Assembly (NCBI RefSeq): GCF_006345805.1
Contig: NC_043003.1
Coordinates: forward strand, 60,884,001-60,948,000
Direction of reading: 5' to 3'
From: Octopus sinensis
Taxonomy: Eukaryota
DNA: 64,000 nt
A program made the translations under genes and the position numbers. Under the pieces are notes generated by a model, which was not told the DNA's origin, did not search any database, and was given only the letters and a program-made list of their open reading frames with translations. Below, one piece after another: positions 53,182-64,000 of this stretch. Each line of letters opens with the position of its first letter. The first letter of the stretch is position 1.

Positions 53182-53545
53182 AGTTTCAGCTCAGAGCTTG
53201 GCTATGCTGGGGCACCGCTGTTTTGCTACAGAGTTATTACTAAGAGCCTCCTCTAATATGTGGCACATGGTAAAGAATGGAGTTTGATGTCACTACCCTC
53301 ATTTGCACCTCCTGCCGTGAGGTAGACTCATCTGGGACTCTCGACAGGTAGAGGTCCAATTTTGATTTGAAAACGCATACATCCACTTTGTGCAGGTTCC
53401 TGAGGCTCCTTGAGAGAATATTAAAAAGCTGTATGCTCCTGAAACCTAGGCTGTTGCAATAACTGGTTCTGAAGCGCGATGGCATTGCTGGGATTTTTGG
53501 CACCGTGTAGTGTCGGCCGTCCTGGCATTGGTGTAGCTTTCAATA
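53178..53545 (-). mobile_element. Second 5'-truncated copy of the CR1-group LINE (tail-only copy at 54078-54125 on +)
   Basis: ORF 53240-53503 is homologous to 41884-42195 and has the same tail. Confidence 0.85.
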
Positions 53546-53562
53546 TATAGCTTATACAATAT

Positions 53563-53594
<32 letters not shown>

Positions 53595-53738
53595 ATTATA
53601 TATATAATATTATTAGTGAATTGAAGAAATGGAGTTGAACGAAGATTGAACAGAAATCGTTTTATTTCATTCTACACCAAGGTATCGGTTAAACTTTTGA
53701 TTAATCTGCAACAAGATTATTCATCTTTCTATTTCACA

Positions 53739-53788
<50 letters not shown>

Positions 53789-54167
53789 GATTTATATATA
53801 TACATATATGCACATACACACTTATACGTACACACACACAAGTGTATATATACACATGTATATATTCACAAATGTGCATGTGAGGGCGCGTGCGAGATTA
53901 AACCTAGGTGGTAGACATGCAAATATGTCAAATTTACCTATATCTCCGCAGATTGGAAAAAGGACCAACAACCTTAATAGTGTTTCAACACTGAGGTTTC
54001 ATTAAAAGCACTGATATCACTTGATGAATCCAAGAGAAACAAATAGCCAATCCGTTTATATATATATATATATATATATGGCGGTGCCCCAGCATGGCCA
54101 CAGCTCATAAGCTGAAACTAGAATCAATCAATCAATCAATCATATATATATATATATCAAGTTACTC

Positions 54168-54223
<56 letters not shown>

Positions 54224-54689
54224 AGTTACTCATTTATATATGTGTGCGAGTTTGTGTGTGTGTGTGTGTTACTGTTAGTGTGTGTGTTAGTGTATGTGTG
54301 TGTGCTAGTGCATGTGTGTGTGTGTTAGTGCGTGTGTATGAGTGTGTGTGTATGTGTGTGTGTTTCTGAATGAACGTATGTGTGTTTACGCGCGCTTTGT
54401 GTCAAATGTTTGTAAAGTCCTATGCAAAGCAGCAGCTCATTTAAAGAATGTTATAAGAAACTCCGTGAAAAGGAAACTTGCTTAACTCGTATCACTTTTG
54501 TACCGTGTTTATAGCCATTCCCCTTCATTCCCGTTCCAAATTCTTTTAAAATGGCCTGGGTGTTACGGCACTACCCCGTTTGTCTTTGAATTGTGTTTTG
54601 TTTTTTCTATCTCGTGCATATATTAAAGATGTCAATGATTAACGAAAAGATGAAATCAGAATTTGAAGAAAAACATACGAAATACAGAC

Positions 54690-54827
54690 CTGACTCGGAG
54701 AGTTTTACTGAAGGGAGACTTTCGTTGCTTTCTCGACAATCCGATGCAGCCAATGATGCCGACACTTTCATAACTGCCTGTGACATCTTTCGCTTCACCT
54801 TCTTACTCAGGGAATTTCGATGGACAC
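54690..54827 (-). CDS. RIM/Fife-like exon ((G)VHRNSLSKKVKRKMSQAVMKVSASLAASDCRESNESLPSVKLSES)
   Basis: Acceptor tttacatttaag, donor CAG|gtctgt; 138 nt, phase 1-1. 'RNSLSKKV...' resembles the RIM 'RRSSLSAKVVAIV' linker motif. Confidence 0.78.
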
Positions 54828-56479
54828 CTTAAATGTAAATACCAGAATTAGTAGAGCTTAAATATAGCTACAAAACATAGTTTAGTAACAATGATATATA
54901 TATTTTAGATTATATTTTCGTACAATTCATAAAAACACGTGAATGTGGGTCATGCAATAAATATCTGAGTGATACCATTACAACATTTTATACTCTACAT
55001 ACCTGCAATTAGTACTGCTCAAGAATTAATCATGGCTAAATTTATTTGTGGTCTTTTATTTCTTTCGATTCTTATCAACAAATTCATGAATATTTATTAG
55101 TATTTTTGCATTCATTTCTAAATACCATTTAGATTAACTTTAATTGATACTAAATTATTTTATGAATATTTTGAATTTGACTATTCATTCATAGATCAAA
55201 TGATATTTATCCTATTTGAATTTTTAATTTATTTGCAACATATTTTTGATACGTTTATTTTAATGGAAAAGTTATCAATCGGTTTTTACTGTATATGTGA
55301 TGCTGTCGCAGTTCATCTTTACAGATTATCTTGCCGTCACAGCTCATCGGTAGTTTTATATTCAAAACTCTCCTGAGAATATTGCAGTCAAAGCTGACCT
55401 GTGTCACAGTACAGAGAAGATTGAGTATATAATTGTGAACGAGACTGAAAGCTACCAGCCATTTGTTTCAATTGTAGTTCAAGATACAAATATATCTTAT
55501 TAATTTGTCTTCTTTTTCTCTTGACTCATGCGCTCTGAATTTTCCTCTCACCAACGATTAAAAACATAAATTTTATATGAATATGTATTTATTTATCAGT
55601 AATATTTTCATTTATTATGCTAGCTGTTAATGCTTTTGGATTCTTTTGGATTCTTTTATGCTAGCTGTTAATGCTTTTGGATTCTTTTGGATTAGTTCTT
55701 TTATTCTTTTATATGTTTCAATCATTTGACTGTGGCCATGCTGGAGCACCGCCTCTAGTCGAGCAAATCGACCCCAGGACTTATTCTTTGTAAGCCAAGC
55801 ACCTATTCTATCGGTTCTCTCTTACCGAACCGCTAGCTGACGGGGACGTAAACACACCAGCATCGGTTGTTAAGCGATGCTGGGGGGACAAACACAGACA
55901 CACAAACATATATATATATATATATATATGTACGTATGTACGTATACGACGGGCGTCTTTCAGTTTCCGTCTACCAAATCCACTCACAAGGCTTTGGTCG
56001 GCCCGAGGCTATAGTAGAAGACACTTGCCCAAGATGCCATGCAATGGGATTGAACCCGGAACCATGTGGTTGGTAAGCAAGCTACTTACTACACAGCCAC
56101 TCCTGCGCCTTAAAATTTATTTTAAAAAGTGTCGATCGATAAATTAAAGTGTCATTTAAGAGCTAAGGTTAATATAATCCATTGTCCTCTCCGCTTCCTC
56201 GCGACAGTCGATGTTTCTTTTTTAATTTTGAAAATTGTTCAATGAAAGTGGAGTGCAAAAGCCTCTCAGACCTGCCCGAGCTTATTCAAGTATGTCACGA
56301 ATACCCACTTATTTTCCAAATTTGTCAATATAGCTATGAACAAAGCGTTTAAAGTCATCCAGATCGTTTGTAGATAGAGTAATTATTAAGTTAGCAGGCA
56401 AAGGTGGTATTGCATGTCCATAAGTTAGCAGGCAAAGGTGGTATTGCGTGTCCATAACCTCTGATACTCAACTATTTGT

Positions 56480-57130
56480 GAAACTGTAGCTTTTAGCAGG
56501 AAAGGTGGGATATGCAAGAAAGTGAAAACAGAGGCTGGGATGCGGCCGGGAGTGCATAGATATGTAAAGGGTAAACCACCTGGTTTGGATGTCCCGCCAT
56601 AGAAGTTTTATAGAGAAATGCCAATATTATTTAGCCCTGTATTGGCAAACATCTCATACAAGTTTCAAGAGATTTTGGACATTCTTCCCAGCTTTGTTAG
56701 CTGAGGTGTCGTATCGTTTGCAAAGAAAGATATGATTAAGGTACCAATATCAACTATTTCCTATCCATAACTCAACTGGATACAAAGTTTAAAGCTTTGC
56801 TTATGTTTCACTCGAAGACTTTGGTAACTATCAACGTTACTGATATCAGAAGAGCTCAAAATTGCTTTGCGGAGGGTCTGTTCTGCTTGGATCAAGAGCA
56901 ATGTCTTGACAGATTCAATAACCACAACTTGGTGGTGATCCTAAGGGGTAAGGTCACAGTTCCAGAAGCTAGATCAGCTCATTTTAAAATATAATTTAAA
57001 TATCATGCATTTGGTTCACCAAATGTCCCTTCTCTGTATATTGTGATTGTCGGGGCACTGAGAAACATCCTGTTCGAACTGGAATTCCCGAAGACTGTAT
57101 CGTCTTTTGAGGACATTGGAGTGATAGTTT
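56480..57130 (+). mobile_element. Decayed Tx1/L1 reverse-transcriptase fragment
   Basis: 'GKPPGLDVP..KFYREMPILFSPVLA......ILPSFVS.GVV...KK.....YPITQLDT' matches 'KSPG.DGLP.EFY......RGVV.L..K.....RPITLLN'. Confidence 0.65.
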
Positions 57131-58711
57131 CAACCGTCAGAGAAATGTAGATGGTCAACGAGTTTTACGGTTAACTAGGACAAATTGGTGAGCCTATAAC
57201 TCAGTACTAAGCGATGTAAGTCCATGCAGGCCACTATCAAAGATCACTGTATGCTTGGGGTTTGATTAAGCTCAGAGCCCAGATTAATAAAGAATATGAT
57301 AAGCTACAAACAGCAGGGGGAAATCCCACAAAGAAATGATTTGAGAAGAATCTCTTCTTGAATGGTTATGTAGAGGTAGTGGTGAGTATCACTTATTTAA
57401 TACTACCTGACAGTTTGCATATCACCAGCCTGTAGTTTTCTAGACAAACCACTTACTATCAGCATAATTTGAACTGAGGTCTCGATAGACTGCGGCTTAT
57501 GATGCGTATGCATAAACCAAGACTGCGGCATCACAGTTTGTGTGTCAAACTTCATATCTTTGATAGAAGTACATTCCTTGGTCAACTGAAGATCGAAATT
57601 ATGCACCAGGTAACTGAAGTGTTGTTAGCAGTTCTCTACCAATCGAAGCGCGGCTGTTGATACGACGTATTCCTTGAAATTGTGATTGGCTGCACAAGGT
57701 CCTCTCCATATTAAGAAGTGCATTTTACCAAATTTTTTACGATATGCTATTATTTTTTTTACACTTATTTCCTCATACAAGATTCTATAAAGTTCCATCG
57801 CATTTGTATTTTGACCTTGTATTAACTCCACATCTCTCGCCAGTAATGAAAATAAAGATAGGATTAATAATAATATTCCATTCTTCTGATATTAAGCAAA
57901 CACGTATCATATTACCATTATTATTGAGTGAGAGAGCAGATCATGCCCTCAAAGTGATACTGGGGTAAAATATACGAAGCCCAGTATACCCATCATGACT
58001 ACCTGTCTGATAAGGGTACACTAGGCACATTCATCACAACCATATGTGCGCGACATGGTGATCTCATATCAAGATAAACAGCACATGACCTTACAGTTGA
58101 GGCCCAGTTAGAATTTTCTTCTGGTCGAGAAACCCATCCCGCTCAAAAGGTCTCTGAATAAGGGTTGTTTAAGGATGTTGAACGAAACACACATGTTTCC
58201 AGAGGTGAATTATTCAAACCCCAAATAATCCCTCTCAACACATGGCTATGATACTACCCACTACGTCTGCTCGCGATCAGAGATGCACATATCATCAGCC
58301 ACTAAGGGGCATGCTCAACTGGTTGAGGTCAAACAATTGAGAAGCAAATCTGGTATTGAGCGGAATATTTGCTGTAGCCCATCTTTTACACCAAGCTAAA
58401 ACAATGTACATGATAACACTTCCAATCAGTTAAGATCAGAAGCCATGACAACCATGCCTGCTACTACATCAGGGCATTGCTCCCCCACTACTTCTGCTCG
58501 TGATCAGAGATGCACATATCATCAGCCACTAAGGGACATGCTCAACTGGTTAAGGACAAGCAACTGACAAGCAAATCTGTGGTACTGAGTAGAATATTTG
58601 CTGTAGCCTATCTTTTATACCAATACAAAACAATGTACATGATAACACTTCCAATCAGTTAAGATCAGAAGCCATGACAGCCACTGCCTGGTACTGCATC
58701 AGGGCATTTAT

Positions 58712-59283
58712 TATTATTATTATTCAGTAGTTTTATTTTTATAGCGTGCTTTCACTTCACTACCGAGCGCAGCTCTGTGTGCCTTAGGTATGTGCTGTGA
58801 TTTGTTGTGATGCTCTGATGGTTATTGTATGGAAAGTGTTCTGCGTAGGATGTGTGCAGTGCCTAGTAGTGCAATTTTATGTATGTTATATGTGTTTGTA
58901 AGCCCTGGTGTTTTTGTCATGTATTAGGCATGATATTTTTTTATCATGCCTAATGCACCTACTATGATAGGAATTGTTTCTGTTTTCAGATTCCACATTC
59001 TAGTTACCTCTATTTCCAGGTCTTTGTATTTTGAGAGTTTCTCCATTTCTTTTAGAGACACGTTGTCATCTGCCGGTATTGATACATCAATTAGAAAGCA
59101 TTTTTTTTCTTCATGATCTCTGACAACTATATCTGGTCTGTTGGCCTTAATTTCTCTATCTGTGTGTATCGGCATATCCCAGAGTATGGTTGCTTTCTCG
59201 TTTTCTGTGACCTTTTCTGGTGTGTGCCTATACCATCTTTTTTCTGTTGTTATTCCATAATGTTGGCATAGCTTCCATATTAT
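58712..59283 (-). mobile_element. R4/Dong-type non-LTR retrotransposon 3' end (restriction-like endonuclease domain)
   Basis: 'WYRHTPEKVTENEKATILWDMPIHTDREIKANRPDIVVRDHEEKKCFLIDVSIPADDNVSLKEMEKLSKYKDL' (PD..D..K motif); bounded by (ATT)n. Confidence 0.85.
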
Positions 59284-60254
59284 TATTATTATTATTATTA
59301 TTATTATCATTATTATTATTATTATCATCTTTATTATTACTATCATTATTATTATTGTCAAAGCGGTGAGCTGGCAGATTCGTTAGTACGCCGGGCAAAA
59401 TGCTTAGCGGCATTTCGTCCGTCTTTACGTTCTGAGTTCAAATTCCGCTTAGGTCGACTTTGCCTTTTATCTTAACGGGATCGATAAATTAAGTACCAGT
59501 TGAGTAGTGGGGTCGATGTAATCGACAAGTACCCTCTCCCAAAATTTCAGGCCTTGTGCCTTCAGTAGAAAGAACTAGTATTATTATTGTTTGGGTGGTG
59601 AGCTGGCAGAATCGTAAGCAGACTGGGCGGAATGCTCAGCAGTATTTCATCCGTCTTCATGTTCTGAGTTCAAATTCTACCGAGGTCGACTTTGTCAATT
59701 ATCCTTTCGGGGTCGATAAATTAAGTACCAATGAAACACTAGGGTCGATGTAATCAACTAATCCCTTTCCCCTCAATTTTCGGACCTTGTGCCTTTAGTA
59801 AAAAGTATTATTGTTATTATTGTTGTTGAAGCGAATGGAGGTATGAAAGATACTTCCGCCAAGGAAATAATTTTCAACCGAATTGCTTTTCGAAAAACAG
59901 TTTTGTTAAGATTCTAATATAGAAGATTTTCCTACTGCTTGAGGGTCCAATCCATTGCGTCTCAGTTGTGAGGAGTGGAAAATTTTATACGAGAACTGGA
60001 CAGAAAGACAGAGTTTGGGGTCATAATTCACCTCCACAGATTTTAATTTTATTTCCTATTTAAAATTTGATTAAAAAAAATTAATGCGGTATTTTGATAA
60101 TCTGCCCATTTGTCTCAATCACAACGATGGTAACAATGAGAACAACATTAACGTTAATAACAGACTTCGAAATGAATAAGAGACAAAATTAAATATATAC
60201 CACCTGTGCATGTATATTATAAACAATATAAAGTATAATTTAAAAGACATCTAC

Positions 60255-60383
60255 CTGAGTTTGGCTGAAGGCACGCACTAAACGTTGGATCAATAACTAA
60301 GGTCAAGCGCTGCTGTATCAAATATTCACTTATGGTATGTTGCTGTTGTGGCAGATAATCACTTGCAACTAAATTATTCTGGC
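60255..60383 (-). CDS. Probable upstream exon of the RIM/Fife-like gene (QNNLVASDYLPQQQHTISEYLIQQRLTLVIDPTFSACLQPNS)
   Basis: Acceptor acacgtaatatcag, donor CAG|gtagat; 129 nt. Only the phase 1-1 frame is open, and it joins 54827 in frame. No family motif recognised. Confidence 0.55.
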
Positions 60384-62832
60384 CTGATATTACGTGTAAG
60401 TAAAAATGGAGGGCATTGAGTCGTAGCAAGGGGACATTCAAAAAGTGTTAAGAAACGGTAGTTTTAAAAAACAGAAAACGTTTCAGAAGGAATGATCTAA
60501 TCCTAGAGCAGAGAAAAAATTTTCTTTAAACATTTTTAACTGTTACCATTTTTTTTTATTTTGAAAGTAGCCATTTTCTTTATTTCATGCAGTTAAAAGT
60601 TAACCGATTCAGGTGGCAGCAATAATCTCATTAACATTAATAGATATACATGCAAAAGCAAATATTTACAAATAGCTCTAAGCTTCACTGCTTACTATAG
60701 AATACACAGAGCATTCATTGGTACAAGTATCAACGACAACATCAACAATACTATCGTTTACTAATGAAATGGGTCAAAAGGAATGATTTGACTTGAGCAA
60801 CCAAAAGGTAAAGAAAAAGAAGGGGCAGTGGAAGAAATATGTAACGAAAGACCGAACTTCTTTGCCACAAAAAATTATCCAAGAAAAAGCTTGAAAGAAG
60901 TCAGTATGTTTTTGCTTGTTGCTTTTTAGCAAAGGAAGCTGAGAAGAGAAGTTGCGGGACACCTTGTCCAATGTTTGACTTTGTTTTTTACCCCTAGGCA
61001 CCAATCAAATTCTGGGTTGAAATCACTATTCTCTCCCGTGGAATTAGTAAATAAAATTATAAATCAATATATATTTATGATTTTCAAATATTATCTCAGC
61101 AGTTAAATTATCTAGAATATATTATTTTATTTTAAATATTTATTCCCTCTCATATCTGAATTTTTCATAGATTATTTTTGAAAGAGTTTAGATTACATTT
61201 TTTTTTTTTATAACAGTAAATTGATTCTATGCATTATTAATGTTTGCATGGTAATTCAAACCAATTATTTAACAATCAGATATCTTTTATCAATAAAAAC
61301 CTCTCGATAATATTAATAGTAACAAAGGAGTGTCTGTAACTCAAGCAGAACAAATATCGTACGGGATTTTGCTCGATAAGCACCGGCATTTTAGTTTCCT
61401 CACTTGCGTTTACACACTTCGTCTATATGCACTCGAGAAAGACATACACGAAGACGTACACGTATCAATGTATGTATGTATGTATGTATGTATGTATGTA
61501 TGTGTGTGTGTATGTATGTATGTGTGCATGTAATGTAAAACTTGTTTTTTAATAATTCAATTATTGAACTGCGGCCATTCTGGAGCGCCGCGTCGATGAA
61601 ATAGTGCATGGGCTGGGAGAGTAATCCGGATCGGCTACTTGGAAGGTAATATCAGAATTCACGGTAGACTTCAGTACGGTTGCCGACTGCCAAATTCTCC
61701 TTACAATTCAACAAAGCATAAACCAATGGAAGTTATAATAGGAGATACTTGCCCTAAGTGCCATACATTGAGTTTGAACCCGAGCCACAGGATTATGAAG
61801 CCATAGCATGAGGACTACATTCACATCCCTTTCTTAACATTTATTACATCGAAATATTTTGTTGGATAGTCTAAGCAATTTATTTTCTAACTTTTTCTTA
61901 GAGGGAGGTTCATTTCTAGTTAGACTGGTTGCTTATTTCTCATCTTATATTCTCCATTCCAAAGTCATGCATCGTTATGTATTCCTCTATTAGTTTTTTT
62001 TTCAAACTGAAATCTTTTATATTCTAATTTGTACATGTGCAATTGTAAACTTCCAAATATGTCTATACTGCAGTTTTAAACCCCCGGAAGAACCACTAAA
62101 CTAAACTCTCTACTAGTAACATTCTTTTCGAAATGAGACGATTGAGCGCAGCTGTTTAGACACTGACGATTTGGTATGGCTGATTGGACAGTTAGTCTAT
62201 TTTCACAACAGTATCTTTTGGTACAGGAAGCAATCATGCGTGCCTGCGCAAAACTATATAGACATAAAGAGTGAGTGAGAAAGAGAGAGAGAGACAGAGA
62301 GCGTGAGAGAGAGAGAGAGGGGACGGGAGAAAGATACAATTTATTCATTGAGCACAGTTCACATAAAAGCGTTCCTTCTCCTTACATACAAAGGAAAATA
62401 TTTTCACACATAGACAGGAGAGAGGGAGAGAGAGAACGATAAAAAACATTAAGGCTAAATAATTCAACATCGAATCAGCGACACCAAATGGGCGCCGCCA
62501 AAATGACAGCCACAATCTCTCGTACCCTATTCTTTCTTAGTAGACGAAATTAGGCGACAAATGTTCGACCCATCTTACTACCCAAGCCATATGTATATAT
62601 CGTAATTGTTACTGCTATCAAATTCAGTAGCGGAAGTTACATAACGTCAGGACCTGGATTTCACATTGTAAAATATCCTTTTCTACTCTAGGCACAATGC
62701 CCGATATTTTGTGGGAGGGGGTCAGTCGATTAGATCGACCCCAGTACGTAAGTGGTACTTAATTTAAAAAGGCGGCGAGCTGGCAGAAACGTTAGCACGC
62801 CGGGCGAAATGCGTAGCCGTATTTCGTCTGCC

Positions 62833-64000
62833 GGACATGTGTTCGTGAAGTAAGAATTGCTGTTTCGTGGTGTTAATATTGTTAACAACTGTTGTTTCTT
62901 GTTAAACTGTTGAATAACTTAACTGTTGGAGTTTTCAATTGAAAACACTTAGTGCTTGCGGTAGCACGCGTTGTTCATTCCCCCTTTGGGGGGAAGAATG
63001 TCGTCTAGCATGGAGCCTACCGTTGGAGCAGAAATACTTGTTTCTCCTGTTGAGAGGAGGAAATACATGTCCGGCGAGGAGCCAACTACAGACAAGGAAA
63101 TAGGGGTTTCCCCCGCTACAAGAAGGAATAGCAGAGAGGATAATATATTTGATATTTTTGGAGATGTGTCTGAGAGCTCGTCAGAACTTTCACCAGAAGA
63201 GTTTCCGACTTTGCCAGAGAACAAAGGCATTGTGTCGAAGAGAATAATTGATGTGCCTAGCATCCAGATAGAACCAAAAAATGGAAAAAAAAGTTTTGCG
63301 TTGGCTGCTGGGGGTGGAACCCAGATACTGTCGACGAATAAAAGCGAATTATGAAATACAGCAAAATGATGGAAATAAATGACAACAGTGTGAAAATTGA
63401 ACCTCCGCAAAAGTTATTACAGGAAGAAAAGCAAAAAACAATAATTTTCAAAACATATTGTCTACAAAATAGAAAAATTGAAAGAATGTCAGAAGAGAAA
63501 ATAGAAAAGTGCTTAAAGCCAATATTGAGCGACGTAGTATTTCTGAGAAGAGGAAAAAAATTCGGAACGGTGGAAATAAGGTTCACCAATAAAGAAATAG
63601 CACACAAGAACTCAGTGGAAACGTTGAAAACGAACGACGTGGAGTTAATACCCTATTATATGGGGATGAGGACGTCGCGAATAAAAATTACAAGGGTCCC
63701 GCCAGAGGTCGAACCTATGTGGTTGTTGGCGGCAGTCCTAATCAAAGAGGTAGAAAAAATTACTCTCCTCCAGGCTACCGCTACGGAAAACCCACGCTGG
63801 GATGGTAAAACAATTAATCTTCTCATTCAAGCGGACCCTAAAATAATTCAAACAATTCCTGAGACAATTGAGGTAGGGGAGAAGAACCTCGTGGTGTTTG
63901 TTGAGGGCCGAAAACCTCGATGTTTTTTATGTGGTCAATTAGGCCACATTCGAAGGAACTGCAAGGAAAATGAAGAAGAGGAGGAAGAGGAGAAAAAAGA
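62833..64000 (+). mobile_element. Tx1/L1-type LINE 5' end, apparently young, running off the window
   Basis: 5' UTR, ORF 62971-63354, then an unbroken frame from ATG 63351 to the window end with a CCHC zinc knuckle. Confidence 0.8.
63351..64000 (+). CDS. LINE ORF1 gag-like protein (partial): MKYSKMMEINDNSVKIEPPQ...EGRKPRCFLCGQLGHIRRNCKENEEEEEEEKK
   Basis: 216 uninterrupted codons; CX2CX4HX4C; 'V.VEGRKPRC' is typical of Tx1/L1 ORF1. Missed by the track because there is no stop in the window. Confidence 0.85.
   Translation, partial: MKYSKMMEINDNSVKIEPPQKLLQEEKQKTIIFKTYCLQNRKIERMSEEKIEKCLKPILSDVVFLRRGKKFGTVEIRFTNKEIAHKNSVETLKTNDVELIPYYMGMRTSRIKITRVPPEVEPMWLLAAVLIKEVEKITLLQATATENPRWDGKTINLLIQADPKIIQTIPETIEVGEKNLVVFVEGRKPRCFLCGQLGHIRRNCKENEEEEEEEKK

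Overview
Very AT-rich, intron-dominated eukaryotic DNA, dense in microsatellites, tRNA-derived SINEs and retroelement fragments. The repeat families and composition suggest an octopus or other coleoid cephalopod; this is inferred from recalled repeat families, not from a search. The main gene was reconstructed by hand on the minus strand and is largely missed by the ORF track. It has at least 8 phase-compatible GT-AG exons between 60383 and 37251 and encodes the C-terminal part of a RIM/Fife-like presynaptic scaffold: an S/T-rich linker followed by a Ca2+-independent C2B-type domain and a stop at 37251. Its 5' exons were not found. A second gene probably ends on the plus strand, with small exons at about 5.2 kb, 6261-6318 and 10546-10650; its product is unidentified. 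The rest is a collection of mobile elements: RTE, Tx1/L1, CR1-group, R4/Dong-like, HERO-like and Penelope-like retroelements, three tRNA-SINE families, a Helitron-type element and several MITEs. There are two long inverted repeats (26.2-27.5 kb and 51.4-52.8 kb) and a 940-bp tandem duplication. An apparently young Tx1-type LINE ORF1 runs off the right edge. The most interesting signals are: (i) one SINE family carries a Tx1-like 3' tail and nests at recurrent junctions in its own tRNA head, where Tx1 LINE ends also sit; (ii) a second SINE family shares its 3' tail with the CR1-group LINE; (iii) Penelope-type minimal hammerhead-like motifs, two of them within a near-perfect palindrome; (iv) frame-preserving exons and LC8-type motifs in the RIM-like gene.
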